From Bugula neritina (taxonomy: Eukaryota; Animalia; Bryozoa): DNA of 64,000 bases. The stretch's first letter is position 1, and each line of letters starts with the position of its first letter. This document shows positions 52,701 through 64,000 of the stretch, in pieces. The notes under the pieces were generated by a model. It was given only the letters and a program-made list of their open reading frames with translations, had not been told where the DNA came from and ran no database searches. The DNA lies in assembly GCA_964035545.1 (NCBI GenBank), contig OZ037767.1:27234628-27298627 (forward strand), given 5' to 3'. A program made the position numbers and the translations under genes.

Positions 52701-55700
52701 TTTCTTTGCAAGCTCTTTTCAGTAAGGCCTCTACTAAAACTACACTTGGGGATATTTCATAAGTAATACTGTGTGAAGTTTAGGATGTGCAAACTGATTT
52801 ACAAAGTCTGATTTTTGAAAGACCATTAAATATTGATATTTTCAACTTTATGGTAAGAGTTACATTATAAGAAGCCAATGATGCCATGTGTATTATTTAA
52901 ATATTCAGTACTAGTTATCGTCTTATTAACGATGAGAAAAACAGTCAGTTGCATACAGAAAAGTGAGCTAAAGGCAACCGAAACACAGTTTCAGTACCAC
53001 CCATATTTTAAACTATTAAAACTAAGGCCTTTACAAAAGCATTGTGTTAGAATTATTTTATAGACCAAAGTTGAAACTAGCAACATTTTAATGAGATAAA
53101 AACATTACCTCCAGTAACTCTAGCTAGCAGTAAAGTTATATATTTAGATATTGAATCATTCATGTTTAATAGAAAGCCAGCATGAAGTTCTTGTGCCATT
53201 ATAAACAATTGAAAGTTAATGTGAAATAATTCTTTTTGTTGGAACATGTTGTATGAATTTGGGAAGCCACAAAATATTTATATTTTGCCTTAATTTTTTT
53301 ACAAAGTTTGAAAATTGTGGTATTGATATATGATATAGGCAGTTGCAGAAATTAAAAACTTTTAATAGCCTACATTGTTTTAATTTTCTTTATGAATTTT
53401 AATTTATGTAGCTCTTCTTGCTAACTTTCTTATCTAGGTCACAAGTTTTTTCTCCATTTCTTAATCACTGCATCTAATTCAGTTCTTCCCAAACCACAGT
53501 TTACAACGGTGCTTGTCATACTGCAGGTCCCCTGGCTAGTGCACTTATCATAAACTTTGGAACAAGAGCCGTAATGATGATGGGAGCAGCTCTCATGTCT
53601 GCTGGAACGCTAGTCAGTGCCTTTGTACCCAACATATATTTCCTATACATCACGATGGGCATCGTGACAGGTAAGGCAGGTGAAACACGGGCCATACACT
53701 GTGTCACAAAACTGTAGGTAGCAGTGTGACGAGTTCGAAAAGTCTGGTAGTCGGAAGTGTATAGACAAGTAGCATACAGCTTGCTAATCCAGTTGTGAGT
53801 AAATAGAGTTGTGAATAAAAGTAGACTTTATTTCTCTAGTAAGATATGCACATATGAACTTATAAAAATGAACTGATTCGTAAACACAACTGCCTCAGTA
53901 TTTATAGTAAACAGAAAAACTCTAGAACATTCTCAAGCATTCCAGTATAGAAGATTCTAGTAGGAAACATTCCCCACATGCCAATACTATTTATAGAAAC
54001 TCAAAACAAAACAAAACATTGGAATTTCCATGGTTATTTCGCAATTATTGCGCAATACCTTGTTTACATTGCTGGGCAGTAGTTAACATGACCAACCAAA
54101 ACAGTAACAATGAACAATGACCCATCTCTTTGATTAGTCTAGAATATTTATGAACATTCCTGTATAATCATTAGGAAAAACCCGATAAGTCTATTTATAG
54201 GTATATGTACACTCAGAATTTGTGACAACCCCCCATTCTAAGAGAAATTATCTTGATCATTTCTCCTAACTACTTAAAATTCTGAGTCAATTCGGCTTAG
54301 ATAATCGGCTCCAACATTGTCCTTTCCTTTGATTGACTCCACCTTGATTCTGAAGTTCTGTAAATACATAGCCCATCTCATCACTCTGCTGTTCTCAAAT
54401 TTGGCCTGGTTGATGTACACCAGCGGTTGGTGATCAGTCTGCAGCACGAACTCCACACCATATAAATATTGTAGATATTTCTTGACCGCCCATACCACAG
54501 CTAAGCATTCCTTCTCTATGGCTGAGTAGTTTCTCTCTCGGTCTAGTAATTTCCTACTTGCGTAGCTCACAGGGAACAGCTTTCCATCCTGAGGCTGCAT
54601 CAGCACTGCCCCTAGCCCAACATCTGATGCATCCGTCCTTAGCACAAACGGTTTGTGTACATCTGGCAATTTTAAAATTGGTGCACTTGTCAGCATTGTT
54701 TTTAAGGTGGTATACGCCTTCTCTTGTGGTTCCTGCCATTTGACTTTCTTTGGTTCTCCCTTCTTTGTTAAATCCGTTAGTGGACTCGCTATGGTTGAAT
54801 AATGAGGGATATATTCTCTGTAGTAACTAGTAAGTCCAATGAACGATCTCACTTGCGTCTTATTGGTTGGCCTTGGCGTAGCCCTAATTTTCTCAATGTT
54901 GTCATCCATTGGTTTAATTTCACCCCTGTAAAGTTTATGTCCAATGAACTCCATGTTTGTTCCTCCTACTCTACATTTACTTGGTCTAACGGTAAGTCCA
55001 GCTGTGGCAAGTCGGCTGAAAACTTCTGTTAGCATTTTAACGTGTTCTTCCCAACTTTCCGTGTGCACTAGAATGTCATCAATGTAGTTGTCCACTCCTT
55101 TCAGGTTTACAAAAAGTTTTCTCAACCCTCTCACCAGTGTCGCTCCAGAGTTAACCATCCCAAATGGCATCTTGATGAATTCATAATGTCCATCGGGCGT
55201 CACAAATGCAGTTTTAGGAATATCTTCTTTCTTCACTGGTATTTGCCAGTATCCCTTGGATAAATCAAGTTTAGTAAAGTATTTATCTTTACTGAGTTTT
55301 CTGAAAACGTCATCTGTTTTCACCATTGGTTCGGGATCGAATACTGTGACTCGGTTTAGTTTGCGATAGTCTATACAAATCCTGTTGCTTCCATCTGGCT
55401 TCTTTACTATCACCGTTGGTGAGGCGTAGGGAGAGGTAGATGGCTGAATAACACCCATCTTCAACATATCCTCGATGTCCGCCTTGAGAGTTTCTCTTAC
55501 CCTGTAGGGCAATCCATATGGTTTGGATTTCACTGGCTCATCAGTCGTGAGCTCGATAGAATGTTCTATTCCCGTTGCATTTCCTGGCAAGTCACTGAAG
55601 ATACCTTCAAACTTTCTTAGTAACTCCTCCAGCTGTCTTCTTTGCTGATTCTCCAGCTCTTCACTCAGAATGACATCTTTACTTGTTTCTGTCTGCTGTT

Positions 55701-58700
55701 TCTTACCGTACAGGTCCAACAAATCATCTTGGCCTTCTTCTCTTTCCTCATCATGATCAATAATTCCAGTACCAGCAGCATCTAAAGTCATCACAGCTCC
55801 AACAGTCATAGGGTCGGTAGGCGCCTCCCGCTCAAAATATTTCTTCAGCATGTTGGCATGGTATGTTCTCCTCTTGCCTCTAATGTTGATAATGTAGTCA
55901 TTCAGTCTGACTTTCTCCTCAATATTGAATGGTCCTTGCCAATGCATCAGCAATTTATTTCCATCCGTAGGTAGAAGAATGAGCACTTTGTCACCAGGTC
56001 TGAAGTCTCTCTGCTTAGCTTTCTTGTCAAAATAGTGTTTGTATCTTTTTTGACTGTCTTTTAGCGAAGCTAGTGCCATTTCCATCATGTCATCTAAACG
56101 CTCTCTCAATTCAAAAACATGTTGATAGCAGGTCTTGACTTCATCGGCGGTGTCTTCTTTTGTCCAAAGTTGTCGCAGGATGTACATTGGTCCACGTACA
56201 GTTCTTCCATAGAGTAACTCGAATGGGGCGAAGCCTGTTGATTCCTGTGGGACTTCTCTATATGCAAATAGAGCCGCATTGATGAACCGATGCCACTGTC
56301 TTGGCTCTTTAGCACAGAACTTTTTTAACATACTCTTGAGGGTTCCGTTGAACTTTTCCACAAGTCCATTGGCCATTGCATGGTATGGTGAGGTAGGAAG
56401 TTGTCGCATGTCAAGTAATCTGGTAAACTCTTTCATGTAATCCGAGATGAATTGAGTTCCTTGGTCGCTTATCACCTCCTCTGGTATCCCAACACGACTG
56501 TATATGTCAAGCAGCGCTTCAGCTACAGTAGCTGAGTCAATATTCTTCAATGGTGTAGCTTCAGGGTATCTTGTAGCATAGTCAACTAAAGTTAGGATGT
56601 AGCGGTGTCCTTTCTCACTTGGAGGGTTAATTGGTCCGATTAGGTCTATTGCACATCTCTTGAATGGGGTGTCAATTAGTGGAGTTTCCTGTACTGGAAC
56701 TTTCATGACTGAGCCTTTTTTCACCGTCTTCTGGCAAATGTCACATGATTGACAGAAACGTACGACATCTCCGTTTAGTCCTGGCCAGAAGAAGTTGGAA
56801 AGCACTCTATCAGTGGTTTTCTTTACTCCTAGGTGTCCGCTCATTATGCAGTCATGAGCTTTCTGTAGAACTTCCTTCCTCAGTGAACTGGGTACCATGA
56901 GTTGTTTAACTGGTTTTACACTGACAGACTTCGAGTCGGTGTACTCACGGTACAGAATCCTATTCCTCACCACAAACCTAGTGGTGCATCCTTTTTTCTC
57001 CTTCACTTCTTTTGCATCGAAGAAACGTTCCAATGTGGGGTCATCCCTCTGCAGTCTGGTTATTTCATCTTTCCCTATACTTAATGGGTTAGCATTTGAA
57101 TCAATCATCAGTGGTTTGTCTCCTGACTTTTCCTTGACAGCTTGAGCTCTTGTGGTTACGGCGCAGTTCTTCCAGTTTTCCAGCGGCTGGTCAGCTGATC
57201 TCGCTCCGTCCACATTCCCAATAAGCAGGTCACAAATAGTCTTGTCCATTACTGCAGCTTTGACGACACCATTGTAAAATGGTGAGCGCACTGAGATAAG
57301 TGCCCATTGGGCCTCCCTAACACTTGCATCAGCCATATTCAGATAAACTGATTCTCCAGTTAAGTGTTGAGGTTGCACATACTTTGCATTGACTACAATG
57401 CAACCACAGCCGGTGTCGCGCATTACAGTAGCTCGTTGGCCATTAACTTCCGCATCAAATATCGCTGTGCCCCCATCTTTGAATTTAGGTCCATTCTTGC
57501 AGACAGCAGCGTTGACAAACTTTTTACCATTAACTGTGATTTCCGTAGGTTCTTCCACTTTAGATGAGATTCCTGGATCTGTGACCACAGTCTTATTCGG
57601 AGTAGTCGCTATTGCAGCAGCAGCATGCACTGACCTTCCACCATACTTTCTGCAGTCTGAAGTATTGTGGTTGTTCATCTTGCAATGCGAACAGTACTTC
57701 TTCCCTCGCCGTGGGCAATTACGAGCAATGTGTGACTTATCTTTGCAGATGAAGCATGCACCATTGCTTTTACTTCCTTGTTCAGCATTCATGCTATCGG
57801 CAGGTGTGTTTTCCATCCTTTTTGTATTAGTTTTCTTTGTCTTTGCTAGTTTCCTTCCACGAGCGTGCAAGAACAGTGACGCTGCATCACACATATCCTC
57901 ACTACTGTTGTAGGAACTTTGCTTTAAATGCACAGCTAGGTCGTCTGGGCATGATGATATAAATTGTTCAGTCGCCACTAGTTTGGCTATGTCCATGCCC
58001 CCTGAAAGCTCCACCCACTTGTGCACATAACTTTCTATCCTAGTGAATAGTTGGGCAGGAGTTTCATCCTCGTAAGCTTCTGCCTCTCTGAGCTTTTTTC
58101 TGTAGCCCTCTTGAGTCAAGTTAAAGCGCTCCAACAAGGCTTCTTTGACTTTTTTATAATCTCTACGATCGGTAGGTGACAATCGGATGTAAGCTTCTGT
58201 TGCTGTACCCCTTAGGTACTGACTGAGATGGTAGGGCCAATCTCCCTTGTCCCAGTTACATCCTTCGGCAACCCACTCGAACCGCTCTAAATAGCTATCC
58301 ATTTCATCCACCTTCTCATCAAAGAATGGTATCTTTGGTTTTGGTTTGTTAGCTATTTCTAACCTGGTGCTCTCATGTCTTGAGTGCTCCAAACTTGTGT
58401 TAGCTTTCAGCTTTTCCATATCTAATTCATGTTGTTGTCTTCTCTCTTCTGCCTCCTGGTCAGCTTTTATCTTCATCTCCATTAAGGCTTTCTCATTTTC
58501 TTGCTTGATCCTTTCCGCCTCACGCTCTAATCTCCGCTCCTCTCGGTCCTTTTCTTTTTCCTCTCGGTCCTTTTCTTTTTCTTCTTGTGCAGCAACAATG
58601 GGTAGGTTCTTCTCAACAAAAGCTACGAGCTTGTCATCCACCAGTCCAAGATTTTTACCCATCTGTGTCACTCTCTCCAACAACGCCATAATGTCTCAAC

Positions 58701-61700
58701 AACTGTTAATTAATCCTGTGTATACTCACGTTGTAACTAATAACTTCCCTGTGTGCGACTGAGACTTCCCGGAGCAGCCCCCAATTGTCACAAAACTGTA
58801 GGTAGCAGTGTGACGAGTTCGAAAAGTCTGGTAGTCGGAAGTGTATAGACAAGTAGCATACAGCTTGCTAATCCAGTTGTGAGTAAATAGAGTTGTGAAT
58901 AAAAGTAGACTTTATTTCTCTAGTAAGATATGCACATATGAACTTATAAAAATGAACTGATTCGTAAACACAACTGCCTCAGTATTTATAGTAAACAGAA
59001 AAACTCTAGAACATTCTCAAGCATTCCAGTATAGAAGATTCTAGTAGGAAACATTCCCCACATGCCAATACTATTTATAGAAACTCAAAACAAAACAAAA
59101 CATTGGAATTTCCATGGTTATTTCGCAATTATTGCGCAATACCTTGTTTACATTGCTGGGCAGTAGTTAACATGACCAACCAAAACAGTAACAATGAACA
59201 ATGACCCATCTCTTTGATTAGTCTAGAATATTTATGAACATTCCTGTATAATCATTAGGAAAAACCCGATAAGTCTATTTATAGGTATATGTACACTCAG
59301 AATTTGTGACACACTGATCACCACGTTGTGCAACGCAGTAGACACTGCAAAACATTGGTGTCAAGAGGGCAAGCATGCCCTACAATTTTTCTTGAGGCAT
59401 TTATTTGTCTTGCAGTAGACTATTCTTATATTCAATTATTGATAATGTGGCCAGATTAAGTAATAATTTCGTGCTTGTAGAGTATATTCAGTTCATTGCA
59501 GAAATACTGGGTGCCAGAATTAGTAAATTTGAACTTTGCAACAGTAGTTAATTCTAGAATGAACTTCAAAGTACAATGAACTTTTCATTACCAACTAAAA
59601 GTAAATTTGCCCAGCATTGGTGCTATAACCCAGAGCTATATTTCGTCATGCCGCCCTCTGCTACTTCAGTACAGGTTTTCCAAAGAGTTAATAAATCACA
59701 CTGAGATTCTCAAGTTTGTAGTTTGCATATGCAGGCTTGCTCCAGGCAGTTATAACTCTTTACAATAGATGTATTAATAAACTGTTACGTGACCTAAATA
59801 ACGCTCTCTCAAGGGTGCAATAACCAATTACCATTAACGAAATTGACAATATTTTGCAAATTAATGTCACCATAAATTCTGGCACTAATCCAGACTTTTC
59901 ATGATATGTGACTCATCAAAATTATAAATTAATCTTGTTTTCTAATCATACTAAAGATACCTCAATAATTTCATTTTTTCAGGTGTTTTTGAAATTTTTA
60001 TAATTATATAGCTAAATTTAGCCTCAGGCAATTGTATAAGTCTGCTTGTACAAAATGAAACATTAAGATTTCTCAATGCTATTAATTTAGTGTTCCAAGG
60101 CATCATAAGCTAGTAGTGGGAGTGATAAGGTACATGTCCTGTTTAACAAAATAATATTACACATGAGGTACAGGGCATGGCAAAGTACATTGTATAATTT
60201 GCTTATATAGTAGTATTGTAGATAGCACAATAATGTCAGTCTTGCAAAACTGAATTTCACAGCAGGATAAAGAAATCTTACACTCTGTGACATGACAATG
60301 ATTATATTTATGCTGCCATAAATCGGTACTTGAGAGCCTAAACCTGGCTTCAGGGCAGAATTGTCATATTCACCACATCACTTAGATATGTAACTTCAAC
60401 TGCTATCTTATTAGTCTAGTTTAAACATAGTAGAATGCTTGTATAATATTTTGTTCTGTCACTTATATTGACACTTAACTTGAAATAAAATATGACTTTG
60501 AGAAGAGTTATCTACATGTATACAAGTCATGAACATAGAGTGGAACGCATTTTTTATAAAACCAGAGAATTAATGCAACTGCTAATAAAAATTTTTCTAG
60601 AAAAGTGAAAGTCTTAATGATCTAGAAAATATACGGATATGATTATAAGTTTATGTTTTTATGTAACAGCAAATCTAATAAAACGTTGCACAGTATTGTT
60701 ATATATAATACTATAGCCCTATAATGCAAAACAACATATACTTTCCTAATTACGGGCAGTAGTTAGTATTTACTAAAAGACACTCATTCAATGCAATATT
60801 TTGCCGAACATCTTACGAAATGGTGCTGTTATCAGTACAAATAGATTAGATAGCACATATACAAGAAACTGCGCTACATATACGTATAAGTTATAGTGTT
60901 GAGATAATGGAGGAGGATTCTAATCCTAAGCTTTGGTTTTTAAACAAAAGTGACGGAAGTCATATTCTTTGCAGCTTATGCTATCAATATGAAGTAGGAC
61001 GTATAATATGCAGAATGGGTTATCTGTTGTATTTTATGTCAGTTTCATATATTAATTATTATTCAAAATGTTTTGATGTAAAACAGTAAAACATTCATGA
61101 AAGCTTAGAAGGGGCTGTTTGCAGTGTAAAGCATGAAATTTCTGCTTTCAGCTTTTAATAAAATATAAGATGTGAATTTTATTTACTCAAAGCAAAGCGT
61201 AAATTACCATAGAAATATGACCTATAATCGCAACTGATCGAGCTCATCCTTAGAAAAAATTTAAAGTGAATGGGAATACAACTCCAACCTGTCGAGGATT
61301 TTCATGCAATATAATATATTAAAGTTATGCAAAAGTAAGATAAAGGGTAACTAGCTAAAGACAAATGCTAACCATGCACTTAGTGCAGGCTCTCCTGATT
61401 GCATAGTAATATTGTGATTGTGACTAGCCCTAGATTTTTCAGTCTATAATATTTTCTTACGATATACTTCAATATCATTCTTTAAATGCCATAGATTATA
61501 GTATTGTACTGTAAGTAGCATTTTTGAACATTTATGTCTCTGTTTCAGGTGTGGGTATGAGCATGCTCAGTCAAACAGCTTCTATCTCTATTAGTTTCTA
61601 CTTCAACAAGAAGAGAGGATTAGCCAATGGTATTTCTACCACCGGATCAGGGTTGGGCTTCTTCATTTTCCCTCCTCTGCTTACATACTTATTAGAAGAA

Positions 61701-63593
61701 TTTGGGCTTAAAGGAACATGTATTATATTAGCAGGAATAATGATGCAAGGAATTGTATGTGGAGCATTGGTCATACCCCTCAAACATCAACTATCCAACA
61801 GCGATAAGGCTAAAATGCGGAATCGCCAAAGAATTGCCTCTTTGGTGCAATGGGCTCGGCAACAAAGTACAATAGTCATATGCGCTCATGCAGACCAAAG
61901 CAGTATTTATTCGTCTAACATACACTTCGTACAAGCACAGTATGATCTCTACAATAGTTCCTTGGGAGCCGCCACCAATGGTTGCGGCCGGTTTTATAAT
62001 CTCCTTAAGCTCATTGCTAAGGCCTCATTCGACTCAAAACTGCTAAAGGATGGAGCGTTTATGTTGTACTTATTGGGTACAGTCTTGAGACAATTGGTTG
62101 GCTATGTTCCACCCATGTTCATTGTTAGTCGAGCTATTGACTTTGGAATAGCACAGGAGAGCACAGGCTTCCTAATGTCAGCGTATGGTGTAACTAACAT
62201 CGTAGGCAGACTACTGATCAGTTTTCTGGCTGACGTATCATTTGTTAAGCCTAGAAGATGCTACTTGTATGGACTGGTTTCCATCTGTGCTGGAGCAGTG
62301 ACAGTGGTTAACTTTGGAAGTCAACTTTCTCATCAAATGACTTTCTGTGCTTTTTATGGTCTCTTTTACGGTAGGCGTTAAATTAGCAATCCTCATCTAA
62401 ATGAACTAGTTTCTATATATCAGTTACTCGTTTAGGATTCATTTAGGTACAGCAGTGAAGAAACTGAGATAGCCTAGGTTCTGTAATTTTCTTAATAAAA
62501 TATTTTGGTTTGAGGCGCAGGTTGAAATTCTCGTACCAGAACTAAATTTCTCTTGCTAAATTTCTGTTTTAGAATGTACAGGGTTTTCTTCATTACTGTA
62601 TCTACTTCCAAAGAGTCATGTGCAATTTTTTGTAAAATTTTATTGGTTTGTATTTTATTGAACAAAGGAAAAATATTGTTTTACTTGCAGGTTGTGCAAT
62701 AAGTATGAAGTGCACTGTGTTGGCCGATGTTATTGGTAATCAAAAACTGTGCACTGGATTCGGAATGATTATGTTTGCCGCAGGCTTTACTGTATTTCTT
62801 GGACCATCCTTAGCAGGTGGTTTGTCTTTACTGATGTTAATTAATATGGCCTTGCCCAATAAATGTTTATTGCATAGCAGCTATTGTACACACTATTTTC
62901 AAAAATTTACCATATCTTGTAATGATTACTTATTTCTTGCGTCATAACATTGCTTGTAGGCATTGAAGTTCACTAGTGGGATAATTTGAAACTAAGTCAA
63001 AATATTGGAATTGAACTAAGAAAACAAATTCTATTAAGCACATTTCTGCAGCATCACACTAATTGCTAAAGTTTGCATCCCACTATGGCAGTTCCAGTCA
63101 AGCAAATCTTATAGTCTGAAAAGTAAACTACCCACCCAACTATCTAGTCAAACTAAAGCATTGCCAACCCCACCCCCCCCCCCCCCCCCACTAACTAGTA
63201 TTAGATAATCTGGGCAACTACAGGCAATGTAGTGCTTTGCTCAAAAACTGTTAGTTGGCTGCGAGATAATTATATATTACAGAAAGTACAATTTTTTTAT
63301 TTTTCATAATTCTGATTCCTACCTACATAAATAGAAATTATACTTTCTTATGTGGGCTTATAGTCAATAGCAACAATTTTATTTTTAACAAAGCAATTTC
63401 ATGTATTGTAATTATATTGTTAGGCTGGATATATGATGCAACAAGAAGTTATGACATCGTCTTTGGAATCTGTGGGGGAATATTCATCATGAGTGGAGTA
63501 GTTGTCCTCCCTATCTTATATGTTTTGAAATACCGAAAGAGAGTTAAAGAGATGAAAACGAGTATGACGATGACCAGTTTACTAAAAAACTGA
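49748..63593 (+). CDS. SLC16 monocarboxylate transporter (MCT12/14-like MFS protein), 6 coding exons
   Basis: Exons 49748-49946, 52554-52721, 53527-53670, 61549-62371, 62691-62816, 63424-63593. Motifs DGG|GIGWLVVFSSF (MCT DGGxGW-type), GPLASALIINFGTR, YFNKKRGLANGISTTGSG, NIVGRL and GPSLAGWIYDATRSY. Confidence 0.93.
52354..52490. mobile_element. 137-bp MITE-like element with 34-bp terminal inverted repeats
   Basis: GCTAGATGCAGCACAAAGTTTGTGGTCACTGAGT versus the reverse complement of the right end, GCTAGATGCAGCACAAGGTTTGGGGTCATTGAGT (3 mismatches). Confidence 0.7.
54228..54244 (-). promoter_or_regulatory. Polypurine tract of the Gypsy element
   Basis: Minus strand ...TTAGAATGGGGGGT immediately precedes the 3' LTR. 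Confidence 0.7.
54274..58689 (-). CDS. Gag-Pol polyprotein: coiled coil, SCAN-like capsid, CCHC knuckles, protease, integrase, RT, RNase H
   Basis: CFICKDKSHIARNC and CSHCKMNNHNTSDC knuckles; RDTGC protease site; H..H..C..C plus IDLIGP / SDQG / NGLVEKFN integrase; LDLSKGYWQ, MPFG and YIDD RT; TDAS..E..TDH..ADYLSR RNase H. Confidence 0.98.
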   Translation of the reverse strand: MALLERVTQMGKNLGLVDDKLVAFVEKNLPIVAAQEEKEKDREEKEKDREERRLEREAERIKQENEKALMEMKIKADQEAEERRQQHELDMEKLKANTSLEHSRHESTRLEIANKPKPKIPFFDEKVDEMDSYLERFEWVAEGCNWDKGDWPYHLSQYLRGTATEAYIRLSPTDRRDYKKVKEALLERFNLTQEGYRKKLREAEAYEDETPAQLFTRIESYVHKWVELSGGMDIAKLVATEQFISSCPDDLAVHLKQSSYNSSEDMCDAASLFLHARGRKLAKTKKTNTKRMENTPADSMNAEQGSKSNGACFICKDKSHIARNCPRRGKKYCSHCKMNNHNTSDCRKYGGRSVHAAAAIATTPNKTVVTDPGISSKVEEPTEITVNGKKFVNAAVCKNGPKFKDGGTAIFDAEVNGQRATVMRDTGCGCIVVNAKYVQPQHLTGESVYLNMADASVREAQWALISVRSPFYNGVVKAAVMDKTICDLLIGNVDGARSADQPLENWKNCAVTTRAQAVKEKSGDKPLMIDSNANPLSIGKDEITRLQRDDPTLERFFDAKEVKEKKGCTTRFVVRNRILYREYTDSKSVSVKPVKQLMVPSSLRKEVLQKAHDCIMSGHLGVKKTTDRVLSNFFWPGLNGDVVRFCQSCDICQKTVKKGSVMKVPVQETPLIDTPFKRCAIDLIGPINPPSEKGHRYILTLVDYATRYPEATPLKNIDSATVAEALLDIYSRVGIPEEVISDQGTQFISDYMKEFTRLLDMRQLPTSPYHAMANGLVEKFNGTLKSMLKKFCAKEPRQWHRFINAALFAYREVPQESTGFAPFELLYGRTVRGPMYILRQLWTKEDTADEVKTCYQHVFELRERLDDMMEMALASLKDSQKRYKHYFDKKAKQRDFRPGDKVLILLPTDGNKLLMHWQGPFNIEEKVRLNDYIINIRGKRRTYHANMLKKYFEREAPTDPMTVGAVMTLDAAGTGIIDHDEEREEGQDDLLDLYGKKQQTETSKDVILSEELENQQRRQLEELLRKFEGIFSDLPGNATGIEHSIELTTDEPVKSKPYGLPYRVRETLKADIEDMLKMGVIQPSTSPYASPTVIVKKPDGSNRICIDYRKLNRVTVFDPEPMVKTDDVFRKLSKDKYFTKLDLSKGYWQIPVKKEDIPKTAFVTPDGHYEFIKMPFGMVNSGATLVRGLRKLFVNLKGVDNYIDDILVHTESWEEHVKMLTEVFSRLATAGLTVRPSKCRVGGTNMEFIGHKLYRGEIKPMDDNIEKIRATPRPTNKTQVRSFIGLTSYYREYIPHYSTIASPLTDLTKKGEPKKVKWQEPQEKAYTTLKTMLTSAPILKLPDVHKPFVLRTDASDVGLGAVLMQPQDGKLFPVSYASRKLLDRERNYSAIEKECLAVVWAVKKYLQYLYGVEFVLQTDHQPLVYINQAKFENSRVMRWAMYLQNFRIKVESIKGKDNVGADYLSRIDSEF
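58767..58783 (-). promoter_or_regulatory. Primer-binding site, tRNA-Pro-like
   Basis: TGGGGGCTGCTCCGGGA lies 2 nt after the 5' LTR; the canonical tRNA-Pro PBS is TGGGGGCTCGTCCGGGA. Confidence 0.85.
63168..63189. repeat. Poly-C tract (G-run on the minus strand) in an SLC16 intron
   Basis: CCCCA followed by ~17 C residues. Confidence 0.8.
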
Positions 63594-64000
63594 GTTTTGC
63601 ACAATGTTGATTTTCACTGGATTGTTTATATACTATACAGCAGAGCTTCTAATAGACTTGTGTTTGTAAATATATTTGATAGATTGCATTGATATAGGTT
63701 ATATTGTTTGCAGCTAAATGACACAATTATTTATATGCATATGTACAATTTATCATTTGGGTAATTGATCTTTTTAAAAAGTGGGTTAAGCTATTGCCGA
63801 ACAATTATTTCAACTAAAAATTTTTAAATAATAGGATTGCATAAAAAGCTGGTAAAAACAGCTAATTGTGAAACAGTGAGGAAGTAAAGTATTCTCATAT
63901 GTACTAATGAAATCAGCATGCTGAGAGTAACGACCTTTGTCAACCTTGTAAACTGCACATTATTTGCTGAAACTTTGAGGCAGTTCTATTTATAAAAAAC

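Larger units (their letters stand above)
53702..59311 (-). mobile_element. Full-length Ty3/Gypsy LTR retrotransposon, Gmr1-type domain order, 5610 bp, antisense in SLC16 intron 3
   Basis: 526-bp LTRs at 53702-54227 and 58786-59311, identical by eye; 5-bp TSD CACTG; PBS, PPT and one intact 1471-aa ORF. Confidence 0.98.

Noticed and set aside
54274-58689. Ty1/Copia assignment from the INT-before-RT order
   Set aside because: RT and RNase H motifs (LDLSKGYWQ, MPFG, YIDD, TDAS) and the Gag are Gypsy-type, so Gmr1 explains the order.
54554-58762. Antisense or overlapping ORFs within the retrotransposon (e.g. 57389-57913, 58346-58762)
   Set aside because: Shadow frames of the long gag-pol ORF with no recognisable motifs.

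Overview
AT-rich, gene-dense, intron-containing DNA from an invertebrate animal; the species cannot be determined from the sequence. Exon coordinates were read by hand and may be off by a few bases. In order, the window holds: a 7-finger C2H2 zinc-finger gene (+); ARL6IP5/PRAF3 (-); RPL36A/eL42 (-); two tandem paralogous orphan genes for small secreted, membrane- or GPI-anchored proteins (+); a perfect ~1.05-kb (GT)n tract; a P5B ATPase of the ATP13A3 type (-); MAPKAP1/SIN1 (-); PSMD13 (-); and an SLC16/MCT transporter (+). One MCT intron holds an intact, apparently very young Gmr1-type Ty3/Gypsy retrotransposon. Top observations: (1) the eL42 gene encodes Gln56 in place of the near-invariant Pro56, the substitution that makes some yeasts naturally cycloheximide-resistant, which suggests a toxin-resistant animal ribosome; (2) two solo LTRs of one family in ATP13A3 introns differ by a precisely removed 132-nt GTAAGT...TAG intron and lie inverted around five exons; (3) the orphan surface-protein gene pair; (4) candidate microexons in ATP13A3 and degenerate hexamer-periodic tracts just downstream of several promoters.
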